DNA from: Blastocladiella emersonii ATCC 22665
Lineage: Eukaryota > Fungi > Blastocladiomycota
Length of the DNA: 64,000 nt
Assembly: GCA_025594325.1 (NCBI GenBank)
Contig: JANHCV010000014.1
Span: 62,001 to 126,000 of the forward strand
Direction: 5' to 3'
Made by a program: the position numbers and the translations under genes. Position 1 is the first letter of the stretch. The number at the start of each line of letters is the position of its first letter. A model generated the notes under the pieces. It made no database searches, had not been told where the DNA came from, and saw only the letters and a program-made list of their open reading frames with translations. This document shows positions 33,601 through 47,619 of the stretch, one piece after another.

Positions 33601-36434
33601 ACCGCTGGCCCATGGTTTTCACGGACGCGAGGAACGCCGAGGCCTCGAGGTAGTACGCCGCGGGCACCCCGTCGCCGCCGTCAATCTCGTCGCCGCCCGC
33701 ACCGCCGCCGCCGCCGCCGTCGAGCGACAGCGACGACGTGGACGTGAGGAACGTCGACTCGGACGTGGCGCGCGAGTACGCGGCGATACTGTTCCTCGCG
33801 GCGGAGCTGCGCCGGCTCGCGGCCTCGCCTGCGCCGCCGCCAAAGTCGGAGAAGACGCTGCGCCGGCGCGCAACCATGGAGTTCGCGTCCGCGCCACCCC
33901 CCGCCGTGGCCCGCGTCGCCAAATCGCCCGAGCTCCCCGTCACGTCCGCGCCGCGAGCCCCAAAATCGACGCTCGCGCGCTCCTGCAGGTACACGGTGCC
34001 GGGCGTGTGGTTCTTGAGCCCGCCGGGGACGCGGTCGGGCGGACACCGCCACACCTGGTCGGCGTGGGAGCGGAGGACGCCGAGGACGGTCGCGGTCGTG
34101 GCTGCGGCGTGGGCGAGGCGCGCGCTCGCGGTGCGCGAGCCGGACTGGGACAATGCGTCCGAGTCCGCAGTGAACAGGACCGACGAGTTGGCCGAGGACA
34201 GCCCCACGACGGCGGCGGCGGCGGCGGGCTCGGCGGGCTCCGAGACGGCGTCGACGAGGGCCTCGAGCAGCCGGTGGCTCGTGTGCCACTTGGCGGTGAT
34301 GGACGCGGGCGCGCGGATCAGGCTCGGCGGGGGTTTCGTCGGCACGACAGCGCCGTCGTCGTCGGCGACCACGACGGCCGCCGCGCTCCCGGCCATCCCG
34401 CTAGCGCGCGGCGTGACGGCGGCCGTCAGCTTTCGCGAAGTCGGGTGCAGGAGCACGCTGAGCTCGGCGGCGGTGGTCCCGCATAGGACGCGCAGGACCT
34501 GTTCGTCGGCTGCGGCGCGGTCCTCGGGGCCCAGGGCCTCAGCAGCGGCCACTGGTGGTGGAACCGGCGGCGGGATCCCGCTCGCGCGTTTCCCGCCGCT
34601 GGTATTCGCATCAAACGCCGCCAACGGTCCGGCTGGCGACGCCGACGACGTGAACTTGCGCAGGACGTTGAGCGTCGCGGCAGACAGACACGCGTGGATG
34701 CGCGTGGACTCGGGGCGTGCGGGGACGGCCGAAGCGAGGAGCGCGGCCGGGGTAACGCTCGCGGCGGAAGGTTCGGCGGGCGGGGACGGCGGGCGGTGGT
34801 GGTGCTCGAGCGGCGCGGATGCGGCATGCGGGAGATGGTGGTGCAGGTCGGGTGCGTGGTGCTCGCTGGTATGCGCCGAGGAAGCGTCGAGCGAGACGCC
34901 CGACGGGACCGGGTCCGGGATCAGCATCACGGACCGGCGGCGGTGCACGGACGCGGCCATGGCGTCGCCGCCGCTGGCCTGGTCGCCCGTCGCCGAAGTC
35001 GACGATGACGACGCTGGCGGGCGCGTGAACAGGATGCTCTTGCGGCGGTTCGCCGGGTTAGCCGCTGCCGCCGCGAGCTGCTGCTGCGCGGGTCCTGCTA
35101 CCGCCACTGGCACCGGAGCTGCTGGTAGCTGCGGCGGCCGCAACGCCGCAAGCGTATCCGCGAGCGCCGACGCGGGCCCGCCGGCGAGCGCGATCGCCGT
35201 GATCTCGTTGTTGACGGCGAGCGTGGACCCGGACGACCGGACCGACGAGGGTGCGGGGATACCCGCCGGGTGCAGGCTGGCGGTCGACGAGCCCTTGCTG
35301 GGCGGCGAGGCGGCGCGGGCGCTGGCGGCGCGCGGGGTCAGGAAGCCATGGTCGAGCCGTGACGGCGAGGTCGGGCGCGACGCGGACGCCGAGGCGGAGA
35401 GCGAGTCGCCGAAGCTAAGGCGCGACGAGCGGCTGCGGGAGAGTGCGAGCTCGCTGGCCGACGTGTTGGTACTCGACGGCGTTGCGTCGGCGGCGCGGAT
35501 CGCGACGATGGCGGGAGACACGGCGCGCGGCTGCTTCTGCTGCAGTTTCCGTGGCGACGTCGGTGCCGGCGAGACGAGGCGGCGCTGGACGCGTTCAGGC
35601 GACAGGGTCGTCGCCGTGCCCCGACTCGCAGCCGCCGGGATCTCCCACTTTGCATCCGCCGGCGCGCCTGAGGGCGTCTTCGGCGCGAGCGGGAGCGGTG
35701 TGTTGACGACGTCGCGGTCAAACTCGAGTGCGACGACGGTCGGCGGCGGCACCTGGCGGGCGCGGAGTGCGCGGCGGTACCGCTCGTCGCGCTCGAGCTG
35801 GTGGACGACGGCGTCGACGTCGTGCAGGCGGCGCGCGTAGGGTTCGGGGATGGCGAGGCGCGGCGGGAGCTCGAGCGGGTCGGCGACGGGCGGCGGGTCG
35901 CGGTGGCCGTGGTGGCCATGGACCAAGGACTTGCCGCGGGTGCGGAAGGCGTGCGAGGTCACGGCCTGGACCAGCGCGTTGGTCGCGGCCACGTCGTGCT
36001 TGGTGCGCAGGCCCGTGCCGACCGTGAAGGGTTTGTCGGGCAGCGGCTGCGCGTGGTGGTGGTCTCGCGCGGCTCTACTCGACGGACATCCGCGTTAACA
36101 ACTCGCTCGCTCGGATCACGGTGTCGCAGTAGACGTACCCGCGTCGCGCAACGACGACGCGCTCCTTGCCCACGCCCTCACCACCGCCGGTCCCCGGCGC
36201 GGCGCGTGCGGGCGGGACGGCCTCGGCGGGGACGAGCTCGAAGACGTCGCGGAAGCTCTTGCGCAGCGAGGTCGGGTGGGCCGTGGCCTGCTGCGGCGTG
36301 GCGGACGCGAGGCGGCGGCGGCCCGCGCGCGTCGTCGCGGCCGGCTTGGGTTTGGCGGCCGGGTGCCTCCGCGGCGCGGCGCGGGCGCTGCCGTCGAGGC
36401 CGACCTCGTGGCGCGGCAGCGAGAGGGTCTCCAT
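30637..36434 (-). CDS. Large HEAT/PBS-lyase repeat protein, HEATR4-like, with long low-complexity regions
   Basis: ORFs 36075-36587, 32351-35992 and 30637-32583 are linked by GT-AG introns. HEAT block LSRRNALRVLTLVRIVTEDAWDPYLDAFRDDYLSIRLEACRTAAAL...LSDSEPTVRAHAVK. The HEATR4 assignment is from memory. Confidence 0.7.
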
Positions 36435-36736
36435 GATCTCGCGTGCGTATGTGTTGTTACATGGTTGCAGAGCGCTGGTAGTGGTCGGTGGCGGGGAGAG
36501 CAAGTCGGAGGGAGAGACGCGACGCGTCCAAGGGGAGACGGTGTCTCCCGTCCCTCGCGCACGCGAGACAGGCACGTACGTCGACACTTCACGGAGACGT
36601 AACGGAGACAGGTGCAGGCGGTTCGTTTTGAAGAGAAATTTATCAGGTCATCGGACGAAACAGAACGGAAAACTGGGTGGGGGCGGGCATGCGTGCAAGT
36701 GGGGGTCGAGTCGCGCTTGGTGGTGGTGCGGGGAGC

Positions 36737-38013
<1,277 letters not shown>

Positions 38014-38237
38014 TCACATCGCGCCGTCGCCCGAAATACGCCTCCCTCCCTTTCCGCTGGTTAAAAACGTTTTTGTGCGGCTTGCTTCTAGAACCGTGCA
38101 TGATCATCGCCTCGGGGTGGCGCAGCAGCCGTCATTCGCCTCTGTGGGCCGAGGGCGTGCCTCGCACGCGGCCGAGTGCCTGCCTGCTCGCGACTCACGA
38201 TGTCGTGCTGCAATCACGGGTGGAGGTGGTATATTAC

Positions 38238-39386
38238 TCAGTCGGCCTTATGGATGACCGTGTTGTTCATGCCCCACGAGTGCGACCAGTACGTGATCGT
38301 GAACGCGTCGGGGAAGTGGGCCTTGCACTTGGCCGCGTCGAAGGCGGACGAGCTCGCTGAGCACACAGCCTGCAGCCCGCCGGGCCGCGTCCAGTCGTAC
38401 GGGTAGATGACGCCCGCCTCGAGCACCGTCACGTCGCCCGCGACCTGCCGCGCTGCGGGCGACCACTCGGTCGACGAACACGCGCCGCCCCACATGCGCG
38501 CGAGCTCCGTCAGCATACGCGGGCCCGTGACCGCCTCGACGATCCCGGAACCGGCGCCCGCGGCGCTGCGCGCCACGACCTGCGCAATGGCCAGCAGCCA
38601 GAACGGGTGGCCGGGCGTCGACGCCATCCACGCGTTGGGCACGTTGTGCGCGTTGTCGTCTTGCGACATGAACGCGAGCACCGCGCGCGGGCGGCCGGGA
38701 GCCCCCGAAACCACATCATCGAGCAGCGGGTCGAGCGGGCGGATCGGCTCGAGGTCGAGGTCCGAGTACACGCCGCCGAACGCGTGCAGGTACAGGTACC
38801 GCACGCTGTCGACACGCATGATGGTCGCGGGGAGCGCGTCCCACGTCGGCAGGAACCACGAGTACCGCTCGCGCACAAACGCGCGGTTGTCGGCGTCCGT
38901 CCACACGCGCCGGTCCCAGCTCGGATGGTGCTCGCCCCACGCCGCGTGCCACTGCGCAAACTTGGCCGGCAGGTCGCGCGTCTTCCACGACTGGTGCAGG
39001 ATCCGCGGGATCGTCGCCGTCGCGTTGCCGCTTGTTGTCGCCGTTGCGTTGCTCGCACTGGTGCACGGGAAATCGCTCGGCCACGCCGTGACGGCGGGCC
39101 GCTTGGCCGCAATGTACAGGCACGCGCCGTTGCACGTCCCGACGTCGAGCGTGGTGGCCGCGTGCAGGAGCAGCCAGCCCGCCGCCACCAGTAGAAAGAG
39201 CGCGCCGACGAACCCGAGCCGCGACTCGGGGCAGAACCGGCACCGGCGGCGGGTCAGCGAGGTGGTGGGCGTCGACACGCGGCTCCCGCTCGCGCTGCCG
39301 AGCAGACCCGTCGCGGTCGGGTTGCGCCGCCGCGCGCGCCCGTACTTGTCCGTGTCCGGGTCGTAGGTCGTCATGGTCGGTAACAT
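38238..39386 (-). CDS. GT32 (OCH1/SUR1-like) DxD mannosyltransferase, type II membrane protein
   Basis: IPRILHQSWK, WTDADNRAFV, DSVRYLYLHAFGGVYSDLD, NAWMASTPGHPFW, TGP; N-terminal signal anchor. Confidence 0.92.
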   Translation of the reverse strand: MLPTMTTYDPDTDKYGRARRRNPTATGLLGSASGSRVSTPTTSLTRRRCRFCPESRLGFVGALFLLVAAGWLLLHAATTLDVGTCNGACLYIAAKRPAVTAWPSDFPCTSASNATATTSGNATATIPRILHQSWKTRDLPAKFAQWHAAWGEHHPSWDRRVWTDADNRAFVRERYSWFLPTWDALPATIMRVDSVRYLYLHAFGGVYSDLDLEPIRPLDPLLDDVVSGAPGRPRAVLAFMSQDDNAHNVPNAWMASTPGHPFWLLAIAQVVARSAAGAGSGIVEAVTGPRMLTELARMWGGACSSTEWSPAARQVAGDVTVLEAGVIYPYDWTRPGGLQAVCSASSSAFDAAKCKAHFPDAFTITYWSHSWGMNNTVIHKAD

Positions 39387-39560
39387 GGCTGCTTCGTAAT
39401 CGTTGTGGGAGCGAGGGCGAGCCGCGCGGGGTCGGCGCCAACTTCAAAGAAGACGCGCTCGCGTGGCGCCCACCTGACGGCCATCAACTCTTCGACCTAG
39501 TCCATCATCCGCGCTTTGGAGTAGCGACGCACCGACCCAACTCATCGCAACGCACCCGCC

Positions 39561-40029
39561 ATGCCGTCGCCAACACCGCTGCCCGTGCGCGAAAAGTACT
39601 CGATCTCGGATGCCCTGGGCGGGCTGTACACCTGCTACTGTACGCTTCACTCGCCCTTGCTTCCCTCGCGATCGCTAACCCCACAACAACAGCGTTCCGG
39701 TACCAGGCGCTCAGCTACTACCGGTACGGGCGGCGCACCGAGTGCGATGACAAGTGGGACCACTTCAAGTTCTGCATGTCGATCCGCACCAAGCCCGACG
39801 ACGTGGCCGACCGCAAGATCGCCGAACGCGAGGCCATGCTGGCCGCAGAGATGGCCAAGCGCCCGAGCTCGCTCGACGTGTGGGAGCTGCGCGACAAGGT
39901 CCGTTTTCCTTGGTTCATCAACGAGGGTTCTCCCAGTGCTCACGCTGAACGCTGTAGCCGCCAGCCAACTTCCCGCCCGAGGTCGCCGACTGGTCGCCCG
40001 CCACGGGCGCGAGCGAGAGCGCCATCTAA
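39561..40029 (+). CDS. EMI1/UPF0545 (DUF3128) family protein, 3 exons
   Basis: Spliced ...LYTCY|..FRYQALSYYRYGRRTECDDKWDHFKFCMSIRTK...KRPSSLDVWELRDK|PPANFPPE. Confidence 0.8.
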
Positions 40030-40076
40030 TGAACCTAGTACAGCAAAAATCCATGTGTATTCCATCCAACGCTCAC

Positions 40077-40918
40077 TCAGTTGGCGACCTTGAACTCGGT
40101 CTGCCCGTCGACGGTGATGAGCGAGTAGAGCGCGCCGGACTTGGCCTTATCCTCGTGCTTGGCCCACTTCCCGATCTGCGCGGCCACGGCGTCGAGCGGG
40201 GTCCACTTGCTGGTATCGGCGTGGGGCATGAACTTGCGGTTCATGGGGGTGTCGAGGGTGATGGGCAGGATGCCGACGGCGCGGGCGCCCTCGGGGAGAC
40301 CCGACTCGGGCGCGCCGAGCGACGCGACCAGGTGGTGCACGGCCGCCTTGGTCATGCCGTACGCGATCATGCCGGGTGTCGGCGCCAGCGCCGCGTGCGC
40401 GCCCGTCAGCACCAGCAGGCCGTCGCGGTTCAGGTGCGACGCGGCGAGGTGCGCCGCGATCGCCGACGTCTGCACCGACTGGTTCATGGAGGTCTCGACC
40501 GCCGAGACGAAGTCTAGTTGGCGAGTGCGGCCGTTAGTTCCCAGTCGTGCCGCCGTCACCGACCAAAGACAAGCGTACCCTCGGCCGCCGCGTTGCCGCC
40601 GCACCACCCGCCGGCGACGCAGATGAGCGCGTCGACGCCGCCGAGCGGCTTCACGGCCGACGCGACCGTCTTGGCGTGCTTGTCCCACGTCGCCCCGGCC
40701 TCCTCGTCGCGCAGCGTGATCGAGTGCGTCGCATCGGGGTTCTCTCGCCGGTCAATCGACGTCACCTTCTACACTTGCGCGCAAGTGTGTGAGCTGCTGC
40801 GCTGGGCCGTGTGCTGGAGCCAGGGGGAGGGACGGACCCAGTTGAGCCCGCGGAAGTGCGCGACAATGGTGCGGCCGAGGGCGCCGGCGCCGCCGTAGAC
40901 GAGAGCGTGCTTCGACAT
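40077..40918 (-). CDS. QDPR: Dihydropteridine reductase (SDR family), 3 exons
   Basis: LVYGGAGALG, DALICVAGGW, GLLVLTGAHAAL..TPGMIAYGMTKAAVH (YxxxK), LPITLDTPMNRKFMP. Confidence 0.93.
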
Positions 40919-41330
40919 GATGGTGTTGATCCGTGTAAGGGGGGTTGATTCGTGGTAGCCTAGGCTGTTGGGGAGAGCGGGAGAGGGCCGCGGGACCACG
41001 CGCCGCCTTTGAGGGATCGGCGGCGGCGCTTAAGGCTCCACTTGGCCGCCACGAACGCGCTCCGCCACTTCCGCGCACGGCCGCCAAGAATACGCTCCGT
41101 CCAGCGCGACCACGTAAGCGCCAGCGTAGTAGTCAGCGAGGTGCCCGCGAATAGCGCGTCGCCGTGTCCGTGACGATGTCGGCCACGGACGCGGACCTGG
41201 AACGGCGGCCGGTGGCGGCGGCGCCGACCGCGCAGCGACCTGCGCCTCCGCGACGCCGGCCGTGGCTCCCCCTCTCTCCAGCGCACCGGCTGCTTATTAT
41301 ACGTAGACCAGAGTAAAAACAGTTGCTGCA

Positions 41331-42555
41331 ATGAAACTCGCGAGCTGGGACGCGTTCCCGAAAGTCGACGACGCCTTCCTGGCGCGCACGGCGAGCGGCG
41401 CGTGGACGTCGGTCGTGCTGGCCGTCCTGCTCGCCACGCTGGCCGTCAGCGAGACGGCGCGGTTCCTCGCCGTGCACCACGAGTACGCCTTTGTCGTCGA
41501 CGGCCAGGTCCGCGAGACGGTCCCCATTGCGCTCGATGTCACCGTCGCCATGAAGTGCGAGTGTGCGTGGCTTCGCTTCACTGGCTGTTCTCGGGCCTGG
41601 ACTGACTACATGGGAGAGCAGACGTCACGCTGGACGTGTACGACACCTCGGGCACCTCGCTGCACGTCGGCAACACGGTGCAGCGCGTCCCCGTGCGCTT
41701 CTCGACCGACGGCGTGTACAAGCACGGGTACGCCAGCCTCTGCCCCACGCCCACTCCCTCAACCTAACCGCGCCCACGCAACAGCATCCAACCCGCATCC
41801 ACGCAACCGCGCGACGACCCGCTCTCGTCGCTGCGCACCGTGAAACTGCCTCCCGCCGTCGCGGTCCCCGTCGAGGACTCGGACGCGTGCCGCATGTCGG
41901 GCGCCTTCACCGTCAACAAGGTCGCGGGCAACGTGCACGTCACGGCGCTCGGCCACGCGTACGGCGGCCTGCACGTCCCGCACGACGCGCTCAACTTTAC
42001 CCACCGCGTCGACGCCTTCACGTTTGCCGCAGACGACGCGCCGATTGCCGCGGTCGAGCTCGCGAACCCGCTCGCGCGGTCGTATGAGGTGTCCACCACG
42101 AGTACGTTTCGCGTTGCGAGGTGCGGGGGGCTGCGGCGACTGACACCACGGTGTAGACTTTGAGATGTACCAGTACTTCCTGTCCGTGGTCCCGACGTCG
42201 CTCGCGGGCCTGCGGTACCCGGTCGCGACCAACCAGTACGCCGTGACCGACCACAAGAAGAAGCTGGCCACGGGCCCCGACGGCCAGCTCGACGGGATCC
42301 CGGGCATCTTCTTCCGCTACACCTTCGAGCCGATTGCCGTGCAGTACGCGTCTTGCGCCGTTCTCTCATCGTACGCGATGCTAACCTGTCGCGTGTAGGA
42401 TCACGTCCGGCGGATCCGAGTCCCTGGCGCGGTTTCTGGTGCGCATGGCGGGCATCGTGGGCGGCGTGTACGTGTGCGCGGGCATGGTGCACTCGCTCGT
42501 CCACACCGCGCTCGCCGTGCTGAGCGACCGCCGCAAGCGGAGCGTGCGCATTTAG
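41331..42555 (+). CDS. ER-Golgi intermediate compartment protein ERV41/ERGIC2-like, multi-exon
   Basis: DAFPKV...RTASGA, CRMSGAFTVNKVAGNVHV, NFTHRVDAFTF, YQYFLSVVPT, TNQYAVT, PGIFFRYTFEPIAV. Confidence 0.88.
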
Positions 42556-42587
42556 AGGGGAGCTGTGCAAAAATGTATACTGATCGA

Positions 42588-45500
42588 CTACGTCTCAAAG
42601 TGCGTCCACTCGGTCGCCCGCATCGCCTGCGCCTGACTGTGCACGACGGGGCGGCCCGAGTTGTGCACGGGCAGGCGCGTGGCGAAGAAGAAGGCGGCGA
42701 GGAGGACGACGTACGCGAGCGTGAGCATCGAGCCCTTGAAGTAGTTGGACTTGCCCTCGTGGTAGACGAACGAGAGCAGGAACACCGCGAACATGACGGC
42801 CGTCATGTCAAACTGCGGGAATATGAGCGTGAACACGTCGTTCGCCCTGCGTACCGCGCCGTCGAAGCTGCAGAACCCGACGAGCAGCGGGATCTGCACC
42901 AGCGCGACCTGCACCGCGTACGCCGACCCGATCTCGAGCGACAGCGCAATGTTCCCCTGCACCGCGAACGCGATCGCGTTCACGAACTCGGTCAGGCTCG
43001 GCACCAGCGCCAGCAGCGTCAACCCGAGAAACTTTTCCGGGATCGGGAAGTCGTCCAGCACCACCTCGACCGTCCCCACCAGCAGCTCCGCGATCAGCGC
43101 AAACGAGATGGTGCACGCCACGAGGACCAGCATCGAAGTCCGCCGGCTCCACTCGGGCGCGTCATGACCACCACTGGTGGACGCCGCGGGCGGCGCAGCG
43201 GCGGGCGGACGGCGCGTGCCGAGCGTCGACGCGGAGACCGTGCGGCCGACGACGATCGACGGCGGCCGCGCACTCACGCTTGCGACTGAGACGGCCGACG
43301 CGACGGGCGTCGCGTGCAGCTGCCCCGTCGGGTACTGCGTGGCCGCGGTTGCGGGCGAGCCGAGCGGCGGCGGTGCGTGGTGCAGCGGACGCGCGAGACG
43401 GTTCCCTGCGGCGGGCAGCATCGTGAAGGGCGACGGCGACGGCATGGCCGCGGGGCGGAGCGAGGCGGGCGTGCCGACCGCGGACGCGGGTGCCGTGGTC
43501 GTCGCGTGGACGCCGCCGGTAGTAGTGGTGGCGGCAGCGGGCGGGTGGTAGATGTGCTTCTTGTGGGTCTTGAGCGAGAAGACGAGGCCGATAACGTAAA
43601 CGAGCGGCAGGATGATGGCGCAAATGTACGACAGCGGGACGACGGCCGAGAGGTACACGGCGTCGCTGGCGAGCGGGCGACTCACGGTCGTGCAGTTGGA
43701 GCAGTATTGGTCGGTGCACTGCGCGCACGCGAGGTCAAACTACACGCGTGCCGCGGGGTTGTGAGCGGCGAGAACCGTGGGGAGCAACCCAAAAAAAACG
43801 TACGCTGCCAAAGATCTGGTAGAACAACGTCGGCGTAAACGTCCCGATGAGCGCCATGATGAGCATGGTATTGGTGACGCCGGCCGACTTGGCGTTGAAC
43901 GCCTGCTGCTTCCTGCGCAGCCCGCCGGCGATCATGGACACACCGGGCAGGAGCAGGAGAACGCCGAGGAACGTGCCAATGACGGCGCCCTCGACGAGCT
44001 CGGTCTTGCCCTCGCGCAGGGCGAGGCAGTACAGGATGACCTCGATGACGGACCCGAACGACGCGTTGAGGACCGCGCCGATCGCGGGCGACGACTGCGC
44101 CGACACGGACGCGACCGCCATCCCGATAAAGTACGACAGCGGGATCGTCGCGAGCAGACACATCCCAAATAACAGCCGCGGGTTCGCGATCGCCTGGCCC
44201 AGCAGGTACCCGTCGACGAGCACCCACACGACGAACGGGATCAGGTTCACAAACAGGATGTTCGTCCCGTCCACCGTGTACTTGAGATACCGCAGCCCGC
44301 CCGCGCGGCATACGCACAGGAGCAGCGTCGCGGGACTCCCCGCGGCGGCGGCGGGCGCCGTGCGCGGGCCGAGCAGCGGCGCGCGCGCGTCGTCGGTGTC
44401 GCTGACGGCCTCGTCGGCGCTGTCGACGACCGAGATCGCGATCCCGGCAGGCGTCCGCGCCGGCTCGGCCAGCGACGCGCCGAAATGCACGTGCTGCATG
44501 AGCGCAGCGAGATCCTCGCCAGGCCGCGCCCCCGCGACCGCAGGCACGGGTTCCGCGAGCTCGACGTGGTCGACGACGAGCGCGAGTGGGTCGCGCCACA
44601 GCTGCGCGGCGGCGATCCCGACGGCCTTGGCCATGGGCAGGTACACGACAGCGAGCCAGCTGGCGGCGGCGGCGGTGAAGAGGACGGGGCCCGCGACGAC
44701 GGCGAGGACGAGGCGGTGCAGCGCGAGGCCGGGCGAGCAACAGCAGCGGGTGCGTGGGGCGGGCGCGCGGTGCAGGACGTGCAGCTCGCGGCCAAACGGC
44801 CACGCCCAGTACAGCGCCATGCGCAGGAGCGCGCGGGCGTACGCGTGCGCGGTGCCGAGGGACGCGACGGCGACGGTGAGCGCGGCGAGGGTCAGGGCGA
44901 GCGCGAGCGGGACGCTGAATAGTGCGGCCCACACGAGGTTGCCCGGGGTGAGGACCGACCACCACCCGAGCGCGGGCGGCGGGAGCGGGTGCGCGCCGTC
45001 TCCGACGTCGTCATGATCCGACAAGAGGGACGGTTCGGGGGCGTGCATGGACGCGGGCCGGGTGCGCAGGCCGCCCCACGAGGTCGGGCTCATGGGCGGC
45101 GAGGCCATGGCTGAGGGTCCGAGGAAGGGCGAGTGGGTGGACCGCAGCTCCTGCTCGGTGGCCACGTCGATGCCGCGGCGCTTCTTGTACAGGGCGGGCT
45201 TCCACAGGCGCAGGCCGAACGGGTGCTCGGCGTTGATGAGCGCCTGCCGCTCGCGCACCGTCATGGGCTCGTGGTCGCTCCATTCTTCTTCCTCCTCTTC
45301 CTCGTCGTTGGTCGAGTAGTACCCGGTGCGGTGCGAGTGGACGGCGAGATCGGCGTGGTCGTCGTCGCCCGTCCCCTCGTCGTCGCTGACATTGCTCGAG
45401 AAATCGTCGAGCGTGGTCTCGTACTGCGACACGGCGGTTGGGCGGCGGCGCGCTCCACCGCGGGTGCTCCCACTTGGCGTGCGCGCCCCGCCGCGCCGTT

Positions 45501-46314
45501 GCCGGGATGCAGGCTGCCGCTGGCGCAGGTGGCTGGACGCGGACGCGGCGCTCGGCTCCCTCCGCGACCGCGCGGGCGCACCCGCTGCGGAAGACGACTC
45601 GCGCGGGCGGCGCGGCAGACGCACGGGGCCTGACGCGTCCGACTCGATGTCCGACTCGGCGGTCCCGCTCGCGCTGGCGCGGGATGACCGCGGTGGTGGC
45701 GGGTGGTGGTCGTACTGCGCGCTACGCCGGCGGCGGGCGTGGCCGGGTGGTGGGGACACGGAGCGCACGGGCGCGCGGGCGGCACGCGGGATCGGGTTGC
45801 CACTGGTGGGGGTGGCGGCGGTCGACGGGCGCAGGCGCGGCGGCGGCAGCTGCATCGAGTGCATGGAGGTGGTTGGCGTCGGGCCGAGCGGCGGGACGGC
45901 GGGGCCGAAGATGCGCGGGTGCCAGTTGGCGGGCAGGTGTTGCGGCGGCGGCGGGAGATGCTGATGGTGGAGGGGCTCGACGGTGATGGGCGCAGCGGCG
46001 GTTGAGGCGGCGGGCAACTCGAAGGCCGTGTCGGTGCTCGCCGAGCGGCCGCGGTCCAGCGGCGGCAGGCTCGGGTCAGTGTTGATCGTCGTCATCGGTG
46101 GTGGGAGCACGGCGGCCGCAGCAGCAGCGTGCATCGGCGGGAGCGGCGGGAGCGGGGGGAGCGGCGGGACGGGCGGGACGCCGTCGGTGTCGGCGATGGG
46201 AGCGAGGACCGTGTTCTGCGACCGCACGCTGTCGGGCGACCGCGCAGCGCCACCGCCGGTCGTCGCCGTCGTGTACGCCGTCAGGAACGAGGCGTCGGAC
46301 GTGGACGAGGACAT
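42588..46314 (-). CDS. Vacuolar cation/H+ exchanger, VNX1-like (CaCA family with YccF-like N-terminal membrane region)
   Basis: HPFGLRLWKPALYKK, GNLVWAALF, AIGAVLNASFGSVIEVILY, EFVNAIAFAVQGNIALSLEIGSAYAVQVALVQIP, EGKSNYFKGSML. Confidence 0.92.
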
Positions 46315-46615
46315 GGTCGTGTGCTGTTGTTGGCGGTGCGTGATGGCAGCAGGAGGTCGATGCGTTGCAATGAGTGTGCGATGTGATACAGAGCAATGTT
46401 GTGGGCGAGAGTTGCTAGGCAGAGAGGGAGGGGGGAAGAGGGGAAGAAGCTTGTTGGAGGGGAGGTTGGAAGCGTCGGCGGCGCGTGCGCGTGTGGGACG
46501 CGCGTGTGGGACGCGCGGCCAAGCCACTCACGCTTCGCTGCTTCCCGGCGAGAACAAGCGTTCCGTTCCTCTTCCTCTCTTCCTCTCTCCCTCTCCCTCT
46601 CAACGCCTTGTCACC

Positions 46616-47586
46616 ATGGAACCCGCCATCTCCGAACATGTATCGCCGCCCGCACCCGCGCGCCCCGACCTGCTGCCGCGCCTCGTCGACGTGCACTGCC
46701 ACCTGACCGACACCCCCGCCCTGCTGCCCTTGCTCGCCGCCGATCCCGCCCACGACGGCAGCGGTGTACGCACGGGCCGCGTTGCGCTCATGGGCACCTC
46801 GCCCAGAGACTGGGACGCCGTCCTCGCCGCGCGCACCGCGTACCCGGCCCACACCGTCGCCGGCTTTGGCGTGCACCCGTGGTTCGCGCCCGCCACGCTC
46901 GCCCTCACCGAAAACGACTGGCTCGCGCGCCTCGAGGCCCTGGTGCGCGACCACCCGTGGGCGTTCGTCGGCGAGATCGGCATGGACCGCGTCGCCACCG
47001 ACCCGCACTCGGGCGAGCTCTACGACTGGGACGCCCAGCTCGCCGTTTTTAGGGAGCAGTGGGACCTCGCTACGCGGTACCAGCGGCCCATCAGCATGCA
47101 CTGCGTCCAGGCCCAGGGATGGGTCCTCGATTTCTTGAGAGACCAGGCCAAGCTCTCGCCCAAGGCCAAGCGCGATCGCGACGCTGCGACTGTGTGGCCG
47201 CCTCGCATCAGTACGCTGCCTTGCTTCCGTGACGCTTCACGCGCTAAATGTGTCCGTGCGTAGTGCTACACTCGTTCACCGGCTCGCCCGACCTGCTCAA
47301 GCAGCTCGTCAACCTCAAGGGCATCGGCCCGCGCCTCTACTTCTCCTTTTCCGTCGTCGTCAACGCCCGCTCGCCCAAATTTGCCGCCCGCATCGCAGCG
47401 TGTCCCGACGACCGCATCCTCATCGAGAGCGACGTGCACCGCGCCGACTCGGTCGACGGCTACATGGACCAGGTCCTCACCGTCGTCGCCGACGCCAAGG
47501 GCTGGTCCCTCGACGACACCGCCGCGCGGACGACCGAGAACGCGGTCCGCTTCTTTGGCGACGCGTGTCTCACGGACGAGCCGTAA
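46616..47586 (+). CDS. TatD-family metal-dependent nuclease (Scn1-like), 2 exons
   Basis: LVDVHCH, FGVHPW, VGEIGMD, SMHCV, LHSF, ILIESD; one short intron near 47211-47262. Confidence 0.9.
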
Positions 47587-47619
47587 AAGAATAAACCGCT
47601 GGAGTGTAAATTACATTTA

